From NCBI GenBank assembly GCA_002245135.1, contig NGBS01000305.1, positions 62,001-126,000 of the forward strand: a DNA stretch of 64,000 nt. Reading direction: 5' to 3'. Position 1 is the first letter of the stretch; each line of letters starts with the position of its first letter. The translations under genes were made by a program, and so were the position numbers. Under the pieces are notes generated by a model. That model was not told the DNA's origin. It was given only the letters and a program-made list of their open reading frames with translations, and did not search any database. Shown here in pieces: positions 25,171 to 39,429 of this stretch. The DNA is from Proteromonas lacertae. Lineage: Eukaryota.

Positions 25171-26971
25171 TTATTGTAACTTAACTATATCAAATTCAGC
25201 TAAAGAGTATATTTCTAATGTAAATCCCATATCCACATAATTATGTGATTCACTGAATATAATATTGTAATAAGAAACTCCTTGTTCTGGATAAACAATA
25301 TTTGAAGAAAACATTCCATTTCGATAAGCAATATTATCTATTGGAATTCCACTTTTTAGAATACTCCTATCTTTATTATGATATGTCTATATAAATATAT
25401 ATATATATATAAAATTAAATAATAAAAATAATATACATGAATAGCAAAAAAATCATTAGTATTATCACTTTTATCTGTATTATCTTTATAATGTCTTACA
25501 GCTAAAGCTATAAAATAACAAGTACCACTACCTTTATTATTCACACAGATATTATATTGAGGATTATTATTACCAAATCTTGAACTACTACCATTAACAA
25601 TTTCATCATGAAATCTTTGTCTATATGGAAATAAATAAGGATTATAATTGAAGGAAATATCTGTAAAGTATTTCATCATATCATTATATTCCATCATGAA
25701 TACTCCTCTTTCTTTCCAACTTGGATCATATCCAAATGACTAAAATAAAATAAAATAAAATAAAAAAAGAAATACGTTTTTAAATAATTCATTATTCCAA
25801 CAATCATCTTCTGGACCATATTTCCCTTTCCATACTTTTGAATTTCCCCAAGGATTCTTAATCATTATTAATTTCAAACCATCTACTTCTTTAACTCGAT
25901 AAATTGCAAATCCATGATCACTTGCTAATCCCCAACTTTCCATTGCTCTTTTATCTTTAATAGAAGAGATTGTTGCAACACAATCACCATTCCTATATAT
26001 AAATATTATTATTTATACGATAATCCAGTTATTAGTTTATCCCAAAATTTGTTTTTATTTGTTTCTTTACTAAATTCATATAATTGAGGAATCCATCCTG
26101 TTAACATATAAATATCTTTAGACGAATCACTTCCATGATGATCATATCCACCATATATCTATTTAATAAAATAACTTTAAGTATATAAATATATACTTTT
26201 AAATAGGCTTTTTCAATTAATGATATTCCATAAGATTCAGGAGTTGTAGTTGCACAAATGAACGTCGGTTTATTACTATTCCCATTTATACAAGGCAATC
26301 GATCATCTATTTCGATTAATCGACCAATTCCATTATAAAATAATCTCACATGATATCTACCACTTGGATTATATATTGGATTACCATTAACATCTTGAGG
26401 ATAAATTATACTCTTTAAAATATGATAACCTGGGAATCTTTGTTCAAACATTAGTAATAAACATAATGAACATATAAACGTACAATCACCTATTGCACCT
26501 TGCTCTACAACGAAATGATCTTTTGGAAATATTTGATACGGTGATATTGGCCTTCTAAAACACTATTTTATTAATAAAAACATAAAAAATTATATAGTAT
26601 ACATAATCTGGATATTTACATCTTAATCTTTCACTCACTAAACGACTGTGACTAGGATCTTCGAAAGAATATTCTACACAAAACTTTGTATCTTCTATAG
26701 AAAATGGTAAGAACAACATATCATTTATTATTGAAGATTTCTTCAGAATTTGTTTATCTCTCTCATTTAGAGGTCTGGAGTTTGTTGATTCGATCTGTAT
26801 TCTAAAATAAAGAAATTATACTTGTAAACAAGCATTCTTTGGTCCTACTGGCATAGGTTTAGGAATTGGTGTATATGGAGGATTTGAAGGATAAGGAGGA
26901 TTTGGCCCATATGATTGATAGTTATACTATTCGAAAATAATTTTATTATATACCATATAATAGTTGTTCAT
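25171..26971 (-). CDS. Calpain-like cysteine protease (calpain-7/PalB-like), multi-exon
   Basis: QGAIGDC, IEIDDRLP, SLIEKAYLK, HGFAI and KNPWG catalytic motifs. Confidence 0.9.
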
Positions 26972-26997
26972 TTAAAATAGCCAAAAACAAAATATTA

Positions 26998-27766
26998 CAG
27001 TGTATTTATTTGTATTTGTATTATTTTAATTATACATCATAACTAATTATATGAAGAATACAAAATTAAAATAACACTACATAGTGATAAATAATTCAGT
27101 ATGGTTGGCTTTAAAGAGAAAAAAATTATAAGATCAAGCAAGAATTATTTAAAGACATTAACACCCAGAATTGGATATTTATCGAAGTTGTGGATATTAT
27201 TGTCTTTTCTTCCTGGGTGCAAGATTAAAGAATTTGACCAGTCTCTAGTCTAACTAAACTATTAGTGACCAATAGATAAACTAAATCAAGTACTACATAA
27301 TTATATACAAATAGAAAATAGACGATTGCATAAACCTCCTCAGTTCATTATCAACATACAACACAGTGAATATCACAAAGATATTAAGGATATCCACCTA
27401 CTTTCTGTGAGGTTGAGAGGATATTCTCCTTCACAAGAAGAATTAGTGGTTTAAATCAGGAAAATTTCTTTTGGACGATTTAGGCTTAAATGAATGAAAT
27501 TAGTTTTAGTGTAATATAGTGAAGTGTCTAGAAGCCATAATGGAAGACATTCTGAAGTTGATAGACGCAAATTAATAATAAGTAGAATATGTTCTAAATA
27601 CCTGGAGATGATGACGATGATAGCAAGAACTTACAAGTTACTACTAACAAGTTTTATTTCTTATAATTGTTTGTTTTTATTGTATTTAGAAAAATAAAAA
27701 TAACCAATAATGGTTTATTTCAAACCGATAATTATAACAATTGGTTAACCAATTTATACAGCCTGA
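26998..27766 (+). mobile_element. Decayed hAT copy related to 10865-13446
   Basis: ~27395-27766 is homologous to 13180-13446 (TGTGAGGTTGAGAGGATATTCTC; CCAATTTATACAGCC-TG end). Left boundary uncertain, no clean TSD. Confidence 0.7.
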
Positions 27767-28193
27767 TATTTATGGTATGGAAAACTATATAGAAAAGTAT
27801 GGAGTAAGTATTAAGCTTTATATCCATCCTTGCTATGTGGAGGATGTCAGAAGGGTGGTGGAGATAGAATTAGACTATAAAGCTGTTGCCATTTATTTGG
27901 GGAGATTGGACTTATACTTCCAGTATTTACAAATACACTACTTTTCATATCTATATCTGTAGATCTATCAAATTATATTATTTGGGTAGTTTTTCATTCA
28001 AGTATTTCTGCACTTTCATTCAAAGTAAGAGTTTTAGGATTGATAACTCTATTTCGTTCAAGTTGATTGTATTGTAGAGATTTTTCTTCATAAACTAATT
28101 ATTTTTAAACCATTTCTATAGATAAAGTTAATAAGCACTTCCTTTTATAATTGGTAAGAAATAAAAATTTAAAAAAAAGAAGAAAAAGCTTGA

Positions 28194-29562
28194 ATGGCTT
28201 GGAGGTGTGGTTTGTGTGATTTTGATAATCCAGAAGAGGCTGGGATATGTCAGATGTGTAGTATGCCTCGTGGAATGTCGATACCTATACGGAACAATGA
28301 AGCTCAAGGTAATGGTGATCAAAGACAATTCGTCAATTCTTTATTACCCTTCTTACTTCCTATGAACCCAATGAGACAGAATTCAGGTAGAAATGTTAAT
28401 CAACGAAATTCTTCTAACAATATTCAACCAAATCAAGCTAATCAGCCGAATAATGAAGAACAACCGTTAAATAATAACCAACAAAATGAAGAAGGTCAAG
28501 TTCCAGTTAATATCGAAATAAACGATAATGATGATGGTATAAAATTCTCTAACTACTCTATTTAAATAGATCGAACAGGAATAATAATTCCATTAGCCCA
28601 ACATCTATTTGGTACTCCAATTCTAGAATCACTCAGTTCATTGTTTTTATTAGTTTTACTGTTAATGTTGTTTTTTATAGAACATATATGGGGTATAGTG
28701 ACATATATGTTTTTATACTCATGCGTATCATATGCCAATGGTGTAATCAAGCAACAAGTTAGTTTAAAAGAAGGAAGGAAGAAATGTGATTTATTTATAG
28801 TATGTGGTATCTATGTATTGAGTATGCTATTTTTCTTAAGTGTATATCGTGGAATAATATCAAAAATGTTTTATTCATTGATTTATTATAACATTAATGG
28901 AATAGTTTGGAATTTCTGGAATGTTCTGTTTATAACAACAATTACAGATATATTAATGAAATATTCAATAATGATAATATTCAAAGTACCTGCAGTACTT
29001 ATTAGAACAGAGAATCCCAATTATTACCATAAAAGGAGAGAGTATTTTTCTATAGTTGAATGTACATCGATATTTATTCGATTATTTACACCTATTTTAC
29101 CATGGGTACATTTCTATGCAGTATATTTTATATTTTATATTTTTTATATAATTTAAATAATTTAGTTGCCTCGTGAAATATTTTTGAACAATTTACTTCC
29201 AGTGGCATATGTTGCTATAAAAATAGTTGTAATTATTACATATGGTATTCCCTTGATGAAGATGTACTACAAATTCCTCACAAAATCAAGTGTATTATAA
29301 TATAATATAATAATTATAGCCTTATGGTGTGGAAGTATCAGATGCAGAAATATTAGAGCTTCCAGAGAAAGAATGTTCAATTTGTCAAGATGAGTTTAAA
29401 GAACCTATTCGTTTGCCTTGTAATCATATTTACTGTGAGCAATGTATTACTGAGTGGCTAGATCAAGAGACAACTTGTCCAATGTGCAGAGCAGAAGTTC
29501 CACAATCTGGAAATTGGCCTTATGCTGATGGTAATACTAGTGAATCTCCACAGTTTTATTAG
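28194..29562 (+). CDS. RING finger and transmembrane protein (RNFT1/2-like) with N-terminal RanBP2 zinc finger
   Basis: WRCGLCDFDN..CQMC; several TM segments; C3HC4 RING CSICQ..CNHIYC..CPMCR. Confidence 0.85.
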
Positions 29563-29670
29563 TTTCTTTTATTTTATAAATACATATTTTCGAAATTATG
29601 TGTTTTAACTATTCTGTTCAATAAAAAATAAAAAAATGAGTAATAATCTCACAGATAATATTTAAGCATT

Positions 29671-29891
29671 CTACTTCTTGGCTGCTTTCTTGGCTTCTAC
29701 AACTTTTCTATTACCTTTTTGGACAAATCTGAGATTACGTAAGTATTTTGGATCCATCTATTAAATAAATATAACAAAAAAATCCATACACCTTTGGTTG
29801 ATGTGAAAGTGTAGTGATGTGGTTTTTTCATACCATTCTTGTGATTTTTACGGGTTTGATTGTGACAGGTGTGATTCTTTGACTTGGCCAT
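29671..29891 (-). CDS. RPL29: 60S ribosomal protein L29 (eL29), 2 exons
   Basis: [20 protein letters not shown]...[13 protein letters not shown]. Confidence 0.95.
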
Positions 29892-30082
29892 CTTTTAGAT
29901 GATATCTATAATACATTAGAATATTTAATTTGATTAAAAAATGGTTATTAAAGATGAAAAAGTGGTTTATACCTGTGAGTTTTATTAATGCAAAATTTAC
30001 TCCAATCAAAAATGATTTTGAAGATGGTTTATCAAAAATACCCCACAGAATTTATTTATTCTTTTCTCGATATCTCTTCAAA

Positions 30083-31091
30083 ATGAATTGTTTCTTAAAG
30101 AATTATAGATGTATTAGGATCTCTAATAGATATTTTTCAAATTCAGTACTATATCATCAAATCATAAAGTCAAATAAAACTCAACCAACTAAAACAGCAG
30201 TAATAATGCATGGAATTTTAGGTATTGAATAGTAAAAAATTAATAAAAACAATAGGTAATTTAAAGAATTGGAGATCTTTTGCTCATCAGTATTTATCTA
30301 TTATCACATAGTCAAATAGAATGGTAAGAGAATTTCCAGAATGGCAGGTTGTATTATTTGATTTAAGAGGTCATGGTGAATCTCCAAGTTTTGAACCACC
30401 TCATACTTTATTTCATGCAGCTCATGATATTCATAATACTTTAGACACATTAAATATAACTCCAAATCTTGTTATAGGTCATTCTTTTGGTGGGAAAGTA
30501 TCATTAGCAATGATAATAGAAAGAGAAGAACAATATAAACAAAATAAAACTCAAACTTGGATAATCGATTCAATTCCTATGTTATGTAAAAATACAGTAC
30601 AATTTAATACAGAGAATACAGTAGAAAGTGTATTAAATGTATTAAAAGATATGCCAAAAGAGTTTGATCAAAAGAAATTTGTGATTAATTATTTAAAAGA
30701 AAGAGGAATTTCAAATATGATAGCAAGTTGGATGACAACTAATGTAATGTATATATATATCTATATATATATTTATAAAAAATATAGGATTGATAACAAT
30801 ACTGGAAAACATAAAATGGCATTTGATTTAGATGTTATTCACAAACTATATTTATCTTATATTTCCACTGATTTTTCTATTTATTTAGAAAAATATCATC
30901 CTAAAGAAATACCTATTCATTTTATTCAAGCAACAAAGAATACACAATGGACAAGTAATATATTGAAATGGTTTGATGGAATGAAAGGTAATAATATTCA
31001 TTTACACCCTGTCAATTCTAATCATTGGGTTCATATTGAGAATCCTGATGCTATGAAGGAATTGTTAAGAAAAGCTATTAAATCAGAATAA
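30083..31091 (+). CDS. Alpha/beta hydrolase, ABHD11-like, multi-exon
   Basis: MHGILG, DLRGHGES, GHSFGGK and HWVHIENP motifs. Confidence 0.85.
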
Positions 31092-31210
31092 TATTCATTT
31101 TTAATGCATGTATTTATTTTATTTAATAACATAATGAAGATGAGAATTTTATGTAACGCATATATTTGAAAAAATCATTCTTTTTTCTTTTTTTGATTTT
31201 TATACCGAAA

Positions 31211-31953
31211 ATGAGTATGACAGCTAGAGTTAAAAAAGAAATTGAGCAAGTGAAGGTATACTGTTGGAGTTTAATTTAAATAGAACGATAAAGAAGCAGG
31301 AATTGCATTATTAGAATCAGGTGATAATATTCATTTCACTGGATATATTACAGGCCCTCCAGACACTCCATATGAAGGTGGTAAATTTGCCATTAGTATA
31401 GAACTTCCTGACAAATACCCTTCAAACCTCCAAAAATGGCTTTCGAAACTAAGATATGGCATCCTAACATTTCAAGTCAAGTATATTTTTTTATCACTAA
31501 ATTTTATAAATCACAGACTGGTTGTATTTGTCTTGATATCTTGAAAGACGCCTGGTCACCAGCATTGACTATCAGAACAGCACTTTTATCAATTATTGCA
31601 TTATTACAAGAGCCAGTTCCTGACGACCCTCAAGATGCTGTTGTAGCAAAGATGTATACTAAGAATAGAAGAGAATTTAATGATACAGCTCGTTCATGGA
31701 CAAAATCATATGCTAGTGGTGACATTAAACCCATAGAGCCTAAAGAAAATCCCAAAGTATTACTAATTTTTAATTATTCACTTCATTATAGGTCAAAGAA
31801 CTTATGGCATTGGGATTTACTAAAGAACAGGCAGAGAAGGTATATATTGAATATATTTTTTTATTTATGATTTAAAATAATTGTTAATAGGGATTGAGAA
31901 AAACTAATGACGATGTGGAAAGAGCTGCAGAATACCTTCTAGATTCTATGTAA
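31211..31953 (+). CDS. UBE2K: Ubiquitin-conjugating enzyme with UBA (UBE2K/Ubc1); apparent 1-nt deletion at ~31420
   Basis: [38 protein letters not shown] and C-terminal UBA (LMALGF). Confidence 0.88.
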
Positions 31954-32449
31954 AATGTTTATTTTTTTTGTTATACTTCTTTTAATTGAAATAATAAATA
32001 AATCATCATACTTATTCTACACATAACTAATAAAACTGTTCACAATAAAATTTGCATAATTATTATAAAAGTGGGAATATAACTAATGTAGTTACTATAT
32101 TTAAACATTTGAAATCATTATTTGTGAAATATTCATCAATTTGAGTTTAAATATTTGACTAAAGTAAAAATTTTAAGTATAAATTGTATAATATTTATTA
32201 TATAGATTATTTGATAAAACTAAAATATCTCTTTTTTCATTAAAACAGTTTAAAATTCAGGATAAAAGAAGACTTAAATATGTTTTACATAATAATGACT
32301 ATTTTAATCATTTTAGGAAATTACTCGCATCAGATATTATTTAAATTAAGTTTAATAACATTTATTTATTATTTTTCAAATTACTTCATCTTCTATTTTT
32401 AAATATATCATTTCCAAAAATATATTCGTTTCTTAAAATCCCTCCAACA

Positions 32450-33199
32450 ATGGATTATTCAAGTTCTGAAAGTGTTACAAGCGATTTTTCATTCAATTTA
32501 AGTCCTTTATGCAGTTATTATGATAGATCTAGATCTCCGACTCCATTCAATTTAGATGAAGTAAATAGTCCTGAAACAGTATTCAATTACATTTATTTAT
32601 GTCTTTTATAGCGTAAGCGTTATTATCTTAGTAGAACTGAAAGTAATTGTAGCGATAATAGAGAAGATTTACTTCCAGATGATCTATATTACACATATTC
32701 TAAACCAAATAGTGATATATATTCTGATTTAAGTGAAAATAATTTAACTACTATACATACAAATTGTTGGTTAAGCGGAAGAGAGTATTTGATGATGATG
32801 GACAATATAAACAGCTATACGATATACGACAACTTAGGAGTATCAGCCAATGGTACGCCTTTGCAACCAAGATTTATATATACAGACCCAAAAGAATGTA
32901 TTTACTTTTTAAAATGCAGTTCTTTAACTGGTAGAAATTCATTCGCATTTCCTCAAGAAAGTGGTTTAGACAAGAAATATGTATGGAAGAAGATGGGATT
33001 TACAACAGACATTCCAATAGAAGCACCGCTTGTGAGATATGTAACTGCAAGTTGTTATAAAAGAGGTGATAAAAAAGTGAAAAGTAATGGATTGTTTAAA
33101 ATGCATGCTTGTATTCGTTTATATTATAAGGACGGTAAATATGAACAGATTGGGGATTATGTGCTTGTACATATAAGACAGTTTGCTGATAAAACTTAA
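32450..33199 (+). CDS. CG-1-like DNA-binding domain protein, 2 exons
   Basis: WLSGRE...YVWKKMG...YVLVHIRQ resembles the CG-1 (CAMTA) domain pattern. Confidence 0.5.
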
Positions 33200-33368
33200 A
33201 GAATTAGAGTTAATGATTAATTACGTTGTTTATAACTAATATAATTTTATTTTTATATTTATATTTGTATGATATGTTTTGGATTTATATAACATATGAA
33301 TATATCAAAATAACGATTGTTATGATTATTTTTTGTTTCTTCGATTGTTCAGCGATTGTTATTCGAAA

Positions 33369-35414
33369 ATGTTAGAGTTGTATGTGATTTATATCTTTAC
33401 ATAATATTAATAGAAATTGCGTATTGATTGAGTTAGAAGATGAAGAGGTTAAAAATTTGGAAGAATACTTCAAATCTAAAGATATAAAGGTAGATGACTT
33501 GCATATGGATAGTAATATTGTATTTTAGTTATAATATAGTAATATTAGATAAAAATTCCTATTGAAAGTCTGAAAGACATATTAGAAAATGATAATGACA
33601 TTATTATTCAGTATAGAGTGATTTAATTGTTTTGAAAATAGGATATTCAGAAAACATTTAGCGATATACAACACATTAGCACTAAATGAGTATATAACAC
33701 TCTCAAAGAATGAAGATTTAAAGAAAGAAGTAAAAGAATGGTTAGTTAATAACACTTCAATGGTATTAAAAACAGGTATAACTAATAGAAATGAATATAA
33801 TTCATAGAAAACATATTATATATCAGTATGAAGACAATTAACGAAATAATTGAGTTATCAAACATAACAGTTCATTCAGAGTATAAGTTGCTTAACCAAT
33901 ATTTGAAGGTTGTAGAGAATTGTGATGTAAAAGATATTTCATTAATCAAATTTGAACATTTTCAGTGGAATATTATAGAAACAGAAATCAAACAATATTC
34001 ACTCAATAAAATAACTTATCCAACAATTGTAACACCAGAAATGATAAATACAGCAAAAGAAAAACAAATAAAACATGAAAGAGATTATACAATTTTACCT
34101 CCATCTCCAATAAAGTTGATTAATGAAATAATATTTGATATTGATATAAATGATAATAAATGGAATTTAGATAGTATATATTATTATTATTATTATTATT
34201 TTGTAGTAAGTAAATTGAGTGTAAAAGACACAAGAATTGTTTCATCTCAGTTTTATTATATAACAAATATAAATGATTTAAATTGTATAGATAATAATAT
34301 ATTATTACTATATTATAGTGACTATTAGAAGTGAGCAAATACCTTATTTTATTGATTATTTAAAGGATCAATCATTTGAAGGATTAATGAGACTTCAAGT
34401 GAATAATGTAAACGTTACAGATGATCAGTTTGTCAAATTATTTGAAGTGTTTAAAACGTATTTATATTTCTTACATATATATATATAGTTTCACATTTGT
34501 TGAGAATATTTATATTTCAATATCGCCATATTCATTGAAAGATATTTCAAAATCTGTTTCATTTTATGAACTTTTATTCTCTATTACTCGAAAGAAACAT
34601 ATCTTCATCGAATTACCTAAAACAACAGGAATTGACCAATTAGATTCATATTTACATAGTTTAAGTAGAAAAGATACAGAAATTAAAATCACTGAGGATA
34701 TGATGATGAATGATGAACAATTTGCAGTGTTTTTAAAGTCATTATATTCATTTCCATTTATTACGAAAATTGAAATTAGTAGTATATATATATTTAATAT
34801 TTTTATATTATTTATATTAGATAATAACATAAATGATTCAATGTTATACTCCTTGATGTTGGTTATTACAAACCTATATAACGATTTAAGTAGTCTTATA
34901 TTAACTTGTATATATATAAATTGTAATTTTATTTGAATTAGATGATAATATATCTTCCGAAGGTCTTGTCATTATTTCTGAATCATTACCAAGTATTCCA
35001 ATGATAAAAACACTTATATTACATCGTATAGATAAATATAATGTATTAATTAAATAGATAATAACATAAATGACAAAGGAAGTGCTATATTAAGTAAAAT
35101 GATGGCTTATGCTATATATGTTGATATTATTGATTTATCCTTCAATAGAATAGATCATACTGCTTCTGAAAATATTTGTGCAATTATTGAAAAGACAAAA
35201 TCTTTAAAGACACTCTTGTTAAATGATAATAATCTTGGAAGTAGAAGTTGTATTGAGATTGTTAAATCTATGGAAAAGTCTTGCATTAAAGTTCTTGATA
35301 TTAGAAGTATTTATTATTATTAATATTATGTAATTGTTAGATAATGGATGTACAAATGAATTGAAAGAAAGTTGTATGAGTATTTTTGAGAAATATCCTG
35401 AAATTAAATATTAA
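33369..35414 (+). CDS. RNI-like leucine-rich repeat protein, multi-exon
   Basis: LxLxxNxI repeats split by ~30-nt introns. Confidence 0.7.
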
Positions 35415-35554
35415 AATTGTTATATTGTTATTGTTGTTGTGTATTTATTATATTTACCAAAAATATGACAAAGAACTTTATTTAAACAACTTAAAAATGT
35501 TCATTTTTTAGAAAATATAATGTAAATGTACTAAATGTATTAGAAGTGAGTACT

Positions 35555-36601
35555 TGCTGTGCGCCGTTGAGCCGCTCTCATCATGCAATCACTTTTAAAA
35601 CAAACTAATATCATTTTTATCTTAGTTATAAAGAGTTATTAACAAATATATAGTTAGTGTGTCATATGACCTACATCTGCGTTATACTTTTTTATGAACT
35701 TCATTATTCTCAATATTAAACTAATTTTTTAATTTTTTCTATTTTAATGTATCAGCCACTACTACAGTCTAAAATACATAATCTGATATGAATAGAATTC
35801 ACTATTTATAATGTTAAGGCAGTGAAAAGAGAAAAAAGAAAAGATGAGCTCAAGCCTTACTCAAGTCAGATTTTTAATTTCTTTTTTAAATAAGTTGTTG
35901 TTAAATTTATTGTAAATTATTCATATCATATAATGTATTTTAGACTGTAGTAGTGGCTGATACATTAAAATATAAAATATACAAAAATTAGTTTAATATT
36001 GAGAATAATGAAGTTTTGTCGCGAGCGATAAAGAAATTTGCGCGATAAAGGAAGTAATAAGTTTCCATTAAAGTGAAAATGTTAATACATATTAAGAAGG
36101 CCAAGTAAAAATAAATATAACATTATTTTGTCTACTAAATTACATTTGTTGAAATTATCATCAAGTTTTCAATAAGATTTATATCATCTTTTATTAATCT
36201 TTGTAATTATTTTTTTATTTAAATCGCTAGAATATATTAACATATATGTCTCATTAACATATTGATGTATATATAGCACCCTTTAAAATAATATGGTAGA
36301 AAAAAGAAAATACATTCAAGCCTTCTTCAAGCCAATATTTTATTTTTTATTTTAAACCATCGTAACATCGATTTTGTTTAATCTTATCATAAATGAACTA
36401 TTTATTTCAATTTCTTCCAGTGATAAATGCAATAAAAATAATGTTAAATTATAGAAATAAGTAAGATGGATATGTAGTAAATATTTATGAATAATAGAAC
36501 ATAACTGATGTATATGACTGTTATAAGACAAAATGATTATATATTCATGCGCGACAACTCTTTATAACTAAGATAAAAATGATATTAGTTTGTTTTAAAA
36601 G
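35555..36601. mobile_element. Decayed foldback MITE related to family C
   Basis: Arms homologous to 12202-12840; degenerate left end TGCTGTGCGCCGTTGAG; 35591-35637 inverted at 36557-36601. Confidence 0.8.
36017..36556 (-). mobile_element. Family-B MITE copy, inverted relative to 9701, nested in the foldback MITE
   Basis: TGTCGCGAGCGATAAAG...GCGCGACA; body is the reverse complement of ~9790-10326; right TIR internally deleted. Confidence 0.9.
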
Positions 36602-37829
36602 ATATGTCAATTAAACTACAGTTCTATAGTATATGTTTGTTTATATTTAAATAGATTCACATAAAGACAAAGTACAATTTATTAGTAAAATTTGTGAGGA
36701 AATCCATGTTTTTTTGATCTTACTAATTACCTCACAAATAAGCTCCTTTTATACAATATGATGCTAAGGTAATTAAAAATGCAAAAATTTCAATGGTTAT
36801 TACTTGATATTAGAATAGAATCGTTCCTATTGTTTCACCTTCAGTAATATCTTAAAAATGGGGGATCTTGTGTTTTGGTTGCCCACTCAATATTTGGACA
36901 CCCTATTTCTAGAGGTGTTTCAACCTCAATACTCATATTTATCTTACTATTATCATAATACTTGTTGTTCCCCGTTGAGTACAACTCCCCGTTGAGCGAT
37001 TAGAAACTTTAGAAACAAACTAATTACATAATGCTATTACTCATAATGAGTTATGAAGGGATATAATGTTACCTTGTCATATAAGCTACTTTTGTGAGTA
37101 AAAAAATAGTGTCATAATATTGAGAAAAAACTACATAAATGAGTGTTAGAATTAATTTATATTTCAAATTTTATGTTTTTATTTTAATATGATGTCTAAA
37201 TAAAAAGTGACAAAATTTAAGGATTTAAGAATTATACCCCTTCTGACGTCAGTGTTTTCACACAAACTTTCTCAAACTACATTCATTTCATTTTTTTGAT
37301 TTTAAAACTATTAAAATAGTTTATATTATTGTAATTTAAATAATTAGCATAAATGGATTTTTATCATACAAAATTTGCTGTTTTTATATCACCAATATAG
37401 ATATAGACAAAAAATGTGTAATTGTGGAAATATATTTATAGAAAAAGTGTCTTTTTATTTACTATAATATATATAATGAGTGTATAATGAGTATAGTTAA
37501 TATATTGTATCAGATCTTAAAATCACTTGCAAATCAGAATACACTCTTTTGTTTTCTTTATACTAATTAAATAATGTTTATTATTTTATATAAAATACAG
37601 CTAATTAACTAAATCACACTTCTCGCATTACATTCTTATACATTCAACTCTTCTGGACTTATGAAAAAACTATTGTAAAACAAAGAAAATAACACAAACC
37701 TCAAGCCTATGAAAATATTTGAATTTTGATATCAAAAATGTAAGTGTTATATATATATTATTATTATTATTATATTATTATATATAATATATTATTTATC
37801 AATATATTTATATATATATATATTTTGCG

Positions 37830-39230
37830 TTAAAGGTAGATATAGATGAATATAGTCATTGGTAAGAAAAATGAATATTATGTATAGTTAGTAAAATATT
37901 TTTCTCAATTTGGTAGTCAATCATTATATTCATTTATCGATAATTATGATAAAGAAATTTATAATGCTCATTTGGAAACTGTTTTGGAATTGTATGTATA
38001 TATTTTGTTATAATTGTTGTTTATAGATAAAAGGTGATAATGCGAATAGAATGAAGATGAACATAAAGTTGAATCCTCTAATACTAAAGAAGATGAGATA
38101 AGTCAATTGAAAGAAGAGTTGAATGAAATGAAGAAAGAAAAGAACGAATTAGAAAGTCAATTGAAAGAGATGAAAGAAGAATCTAAACCATATACTGATG
38201 AAATTGAATCATCAAATAGTTAAAAAAAGAATAAAGAATAAATAGAGAAAGAGTTGAATGGATTGAAAAATAAAATCAGAGATAATAATAAGATAGAAAA
38301 TGATGTAATTTACAAAAGTGAAAAACTTGGAATAAGTGAAATAGAAGAAATAGAAAATGAATTGAAAGAAGAATGAGATAAATCTAATCAATAGAATGTA
38401 GAATTACAGAAGAACAAAGATGAATTAGAGAAAGAAATAACTCAATTAAAAGAACATCAATCTAAATCTCAGAATGAATTAGAGAATGAATTAAATGGAT
38501 TGAAAGAACAACTAGATAAATCCAAAGAAGAGAAAGAAGAAATGAAAAAGAACAAAAAAGATTTAGAGAATGAGTTGAAGAAAATGAATGATGAAGTAAT
38601 AAAATGTTAAACCATTTTAAGATAATTCAAGTATTTATTTTATTCCCATAATCAGTACTTCAGTTTAGTTATATCAACATGATGACATGATAATGAAGAA
38701 ATGATTGAATAAGTGGGTAATGATCCTGAAATGTTAGCTTTTATTGGAACTTCTACTAATGAAGAAAGATAAGCAATTCATCCATATTTGTCAGAATATA
38801 ATAAATAATTATTCTCATTTTATGTTGTAGAAGTTTAAAAAAGTTTACAAGAATGTAATACAGTTTGGAAGAATGCCTCATCATTATATGATTAAAGTAT
38901 TTAATTATCACTATATTAATAGAAGATTATAATATAACATTGAATAATGAGAATGGTATAATAAGTGGATTTCCAACTAATGAATTGAATAATATGTTGA
39001 GAATAAAAATAACAGGTAATAATGATAAAGAAGGAATAGAAATAGAAAATTCAGTTATTAAACACATTCAGTTGCAAACCTATCTCACATATTATGAAAC
39101 AAAATATATATTTTGTAAGTGAAGAAGATAAGAGAAAATATAGAATAGAATAATATGAAGGCAAATGAAATTGACAGATAAAACAAAAGGAGTGTTTGTA
39201 AGAATAAATGTGAATAAGTGTATTTAGATA
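37830..39230 (+). pseudogene. Decayed coiled-coil plus He_PIG-like host gene fragment inside the element
   Basis: E/K heptad coding with in-frame stops at 38050-38610; NNENGIISGFPTN..IKITGNN resembles a putative Ig (He_PIG) repeat. Confidence 0.5.
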
Positions 39231-39429
39231 ATGTATTACTTTAGGTGATTTTACATTAGTTGGTATGAATTTATTGTTTTTTGAGGTTTTATTTCAGCAA
39301 TACATAATTAGAATTCAATGATTTATATAAAAAATAACAGTAAAAACATTAGCTATATATATTTATTACTATAACTATATATATACATATAATTCTCATT
39401 TATTTCATAATATATATCATAATATATAG

